Source: Syntrophorhabdaceae bacterium
GTDB taxonomy: Bacteria > Desulfobacterota > Syntrophorhabdia > Syntrophorhabdales > Syntrophorhabdaceae
DNA: 64,000 nt
Assembly (NCBI GenBank): GCA_963665295.1
Contig: OY762209.1
Span: forward strand, 128,001 to 192,000
Direction: 5' to 3'
This document shows, one piece after another, positions 60,928 to 64,000 of the stretch. Each line of letters begins with the position of its first letter. The first letter of the stretch is position 1. Below the pieces are notes generated by a model, which searched no databases, was not told where the DNA came from, and worked only from the letters and a program-made list of their open reading frames with translations. The translations under genes were made by a program, and so were the position numbers.

Positions 60928-61926
60928 ATGGCACGAGCAGATTTACTTTTGAGCCTTGTGCGAGCAGGAACGAAAGGTGATCAAGCATCATTTCGCAAGG
61001 TCGTCGAAGCTCTCGTCGCTGAGGAAAGATCCAAACAACATCAGGTTTTGGCAGATCGCCTCGCGTCCTATCTTGTGCAAAATGGTGGACCAAGCCCGAC
61101 ACTGGCCGGAGGTTTGAAAAATGGTCAAGCGATGGAGCTGTTTTATGAGATCGAGCCTCGACGCTACCTCCGGGATCTTATTTTAACCACTTCCGTGGAG
61201 TCGGCTTGCAACGAACTTGTCGAAGAACAGGCGCGCTCTGATCTTCTGCGTGCCCACAATCTGGAACCACGTCACCGAGTGCTTCTTACGGGCCCCCCGG
61301 GAAACGGAAAGACATCCTTGGCAGAAGCGTTGGCAGCCGAGTTAGCCATCTCGCTCCTTGTTGTGAGATACGAGGGGGTGATTGCGAGCTATCTTGGAGA
61401 AACCGCGGTCAGGCTCTCTAAACTTTTTGAGCAAGTTAGGTCGCGGCGATGCGTCTTATTTCTTGACGAGTTCGATGTCGTCGGAAAAGAGCGCGGAGAT
61501 ATACATGAAACGGGCGAGATCAAAAGGGTGGTGAGTTCTCTTCTCCTTCAGGTGGACGCACTGCCTTCGTATGTTGTCGTTGTGACAGCCACGAACCACC
61601 CAGAATTGCTGGACCGCGCCGTTTGGCGGAGGTTTCAGTTACGTCTGCAACTTTCTCTCCCCTCGCAGACTCAGGTTGAAGAGTGGTTTAGACGGTTTGG
61701 AGAACGCCTTGGCGTCGATATTGGATATCCCCCAGGTGTCTTGGCCAAACGATTGAAGGGGCTAAGTTTTTCGGAGATAGAACAGTTTGGCCTTGACGTG
61801 CAGCGACAGTATGTTCTTTCCCTTCCAGAAGGCAATATCCGGCGGATAATTGGCGAACGTCTGGCGCAGTGGGGTGAACGCTACACACTGCCCCGAGTGA
61901 AGAAACGAGAGGATATTAATGCCTGA
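60928..61926 (+). CDS. AAA ATPase, IetA-like
   Basis: GPPGNGKT, YLGETA, LFLDEFD, GEIKRVV, ATNHPELLDRAVWRRF; overlaps the S8 gene. Confidence 0.88.
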   Translation: MARADLLLSLVRAGTKGDQASFRKVVEALVAEERSKQHQVLADRLASYLVQNGGPSPTLAGGLKNGQAMELFYEIEPRRYLRDLILTTSVESACNELVEEQARSDLLRAHNLEPRHRVLLTGPPGNGKTSLAEALAAELAISLLVVRYEGVIASYLGETAVRLSKLFEQVRSRRCVLFLDEFDVVGKERGDIHETGEIKRVVSSLLLQVDALPSYVVVVTATNHPELLDRAVWRRFQLRLQLSLPSQTQVEEWFRRFGERLGVDIGYPPGVLAKRLKGLSFSEIEQFGLDVQRQYVLSLPEGNIRRIIGERLAQWGERYTLPRVKKREDINA

Positions 61927-64000
61927 AAGACCGCTCCTAATCCTTCCCGCTCCAGGGCCCTCCCTTCGTCCCAAAAAGCCTGCCTACAGCCCCCCTCCCC
62001 ATCTGCCATCGCGACTTAGACAGACAGAACGGCTCCACCCGCAATTTACATCGCTCCAAAGAACCTTCGATGCCCGTAGGTTGCGTATTCGTACTGAGGC
62101 AGCAGGACTGTCGCCTGAAGAGGTTGTTGTGCTTGAAACTATTGGTCCTGTTCCGGACTTTGTTGTTGCTGTTAGAAACACCCCCGGTCTTGAATGGTTG
62201 GGCGAAATTGAAGAAGAGGATATACCGCCCGATGACGATTTCTTCATCGTGCATGACGGGATCCCACAGCGCGATAAACTACTTCGCGGACGTTTATTCT
62301 TAGTTTTTTCGAATCATCAGGCCCTTCAGCAGATGCTCTCGTTGTGGGATTCATGGCGACACGAACGCACTCTCCCGCACGGTCGTGGCAAATGGGCGCA
62401 ATTGTTTTCCCAACTGCGAGACGTCCGGCCTTGGGGAGCCCACGATCGTTTGGAAGAGACAGGTGTCCTTGTGGACTGGCAAGAACGTGTGTTGCACAAT
62501 GAGGAGACCATCCCGTGTGAAATTGAACTCTGGTTCCATGGGGGTGCCCAGCGTCGCCTGGCTGCTCAAGCCCGCGTTGCTTCTCTGGTGTCTGTTCTCC
62601 AAGGACAAGTTCTACATGATGCAGTTGTAGACGAGATCTCTTATCACGCGCTGTTGGTGCGTCTTCCGGTGGCTGCAGTACGGGAAATCCTTGACCGAGC
62701 AAATCGAGATACCGCATTGGTTCAGTGCGAGCAGATTCAATTTTTCCGGGCAACCGGTCAGATGGCCATTGCCATCCCAGATGATACGCGCGCGCCAGAT
62801 ACGGGGACGTTTCCGACTGCTCCCGAAGACCTCGGTGCTCCAGTCATCGCGCTTTTTGATGGGCTTCCGCTACAGAACCACCGTCGTCTTGCAGGCAGAT
62901 TAATAGTGGACGATCCTGACGCCTTCGAGCAGGAGTACCCAGCATCGGAGCGTCGACATGGGACCGCAATGGCTTCGCTTATCCTTCACGGAGATATTAA
63001 TGCAAACGAAAGCGCGTTGGGTCGCCAACTATATGTACGTCCGATTCTGAAGCCAGATCCAAAAGACTGGCGACTGCCCCGACAGGAGACTGTCCCTGAG
63101 GACAAGTTGACAGTAGATCTGTTGCATCGTGCAGTTAGGCGGCTGTTCGAAAGCGAAGGCTCTGAACCGCCTGCGGCCCCGCAGGTATGCGTCGTTAATT
63201 TGTCTATTGGTATAATGGACCGGCTGTTTGATGGCACTTTGAGCCCACTTGCGCGTCTACTGGACTGGCTGTCGTGGAAGTACAGTGTTCTTTTTATAGT
63301 CAGTGCGGGGAACCACGCTCGTGAGATCACTCTGAGTCTCTCAAGGGGACAGTTTGCGACATTACAACCTCAAGACATTCAGGCCCATGTTATCCGTGCC
63401 ATAGCAGCGGATGCTCGCCACCGTCGACTCCTCTCACCTGCCGAGGCGGTGAATGTGATCACGGTGGCCGCAACGCATCATGACGCTTCAACTGGTTCTC
63501 CCGTGCCGCGCTCCATCGAACCATTTATAGTTCAAGGCCTGCCGAGCATCATCAATGCGCAGGGAATGGGCTATAGGCGCGCAATTAAGCCGGACATTTT
63601 ACTGTCAGGCGGTCGTGTTGTACTTCTTGATAGCCTTCGGACGGTTAGCGATGCTGCGTTTTCCATTTACCCCGGAGGGTTGGGTCCGGGACAACGCGTA
63701 GCTTGCCCGGGTGCAACCCCTGGTGACTTAGGCTCGTTATTCTATACACGCGGCACAAGCAACGCCACAGCACTGGCAAGCCGAGCTTCTTCTCAACTTT
63801 ACGACCTTCTTGAGGACTTAGGAGGACAACCAGGGGGCGCCCTAATTGATGAAGTACCTCGTGCCGTGTGGCTTAAGGCATTGCTTGTGCACGCGGCAAG
63901 CTGGGGTAACGCCGGTTCCGTCTTGAGGCAAATTCTTCACACGCGGCAAAACAGCCGGAAGTTCAAAGAGTATGTGACCCGTCTTCTTGGTTATGGGATC
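61919..64000 (+). CDS. S8 subtilisin-like serine protease, IetS-like (runs off the window)
   Basis: Manual translation MPERPLLILP...; catalytic motifs IALFDG (~62858), HGTAMAS (~62957), SAGN, GTSNATALA (~63752); no signal peptide. Confidence 0.87.
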   Translation, partial: MPERPLLILPAPGPSLRPKKPAYSPPPHLPSRLRQTERLHPQFTSLQRTFDARRLRIRTEAAGLSPEEVVVLETIGPVPDFVVAVRNTPGLEWLGEIEEEDIPPDDDFFIVHDGIPQRDKLLRGRLFLVFSNHQALQQMLSLWDSWRHERTLPHGRGKWAQLFSQLRDVRPWGAHDRLEETGVLVDWQERVLHNEETIPCEIELWFHGGAQRRLAAQARVASLVSVLQGQVLHDAVVDEISYHALLVRLPVAAVREILDRANRDTALVQCEQIQFFRATGQMAIAIPDDTRAPDTGTFPTAPEDLGAPVIALFDGLPLQNHRRLAGRLIVDDPDAFEQEYPASERRHGTAMASLILHGDINANESALGRQLYVRPILKPDPKDWRLPRQETVPEDKLTVDLLHRAVRRLFESEGSEPPAAPQVCVVNLSIGIMDRLFDGTLSPLARLLDWLSWKYSVLFIVSAGNHAREITLSLSRGQFATLQPQDIQAHVIRAIAADARHRRLLSPAEAVNVITVAATHHDASTGSPVPRSIEPFIVQGLPSIINAQGMGYRRAIKPDILLSGGRVVLLDSLRTVSDAAFSIYPGGLGPGQRVACPGATPGDLGSLFYTRGTSNATALASRASSQLYDLLEDLGGQPGGALIDEVPRAVWLKALLVHAASWGNAGSVLRQILHTRQNSRKFKEYVTRLLGYGI

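Overview
A 64 kb bacterial chromosomal segment. Gene content and moderately high GC suggest an anaerobic Desulfobacterota/Syntrophorhabdia-like organism (inference). From left to right it holds: (i) metabolic genes and a minus-strand operon joining a K+-channel-like protein, an RND efflux trio, a SYLF lipoprotein and a large Gly/Tyr-rich exported protein; (ii) an MFS transporter, two Hsp20 genes divergent from clpB, and tRNA-Val(GAC); (iii) a glycan island after the tRNA, with a degenerate 3' half of a tRNA-Arg, a Stealth phosphotransferase, an ABC exporter, three glycosyltransferases and an OatA-like acyltransferase; (iv) agmatinase, bioB, a PP-loop protein and a decayed radical-SAM cassette; (v) an exported WD40-caspase, DUF4384 and TPR-lipoprotein trio; (vi) a ~20 kb cluster carrying six ModE-type operator boxes, a TonB-dependent receptor, DUF364, TonB, FmdE, a methyltransferase, a FecCD-type ABC importer, an exported SUOX-fold/CxxCH/tetrapyrrole-methylase fusion, an APC permease, mop-modABC, exbBD and a radical SAM enzyme with a coupled partner; (vii) after a perfect 57-bp tandem duplication, a lower-GC block with an excisionase-like HTH gene, a YkgJ-type Cys-cluster protein and an IetAS-like AAA ATPase plus S8 protease pair that runs off the window end. 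Region (vi) is the best candidate for an undescribed system: Mo/W-responsive uptake or processing of a chelated metal or pterin cofactor. All calls come from motif recognition by eye; no searches were run.
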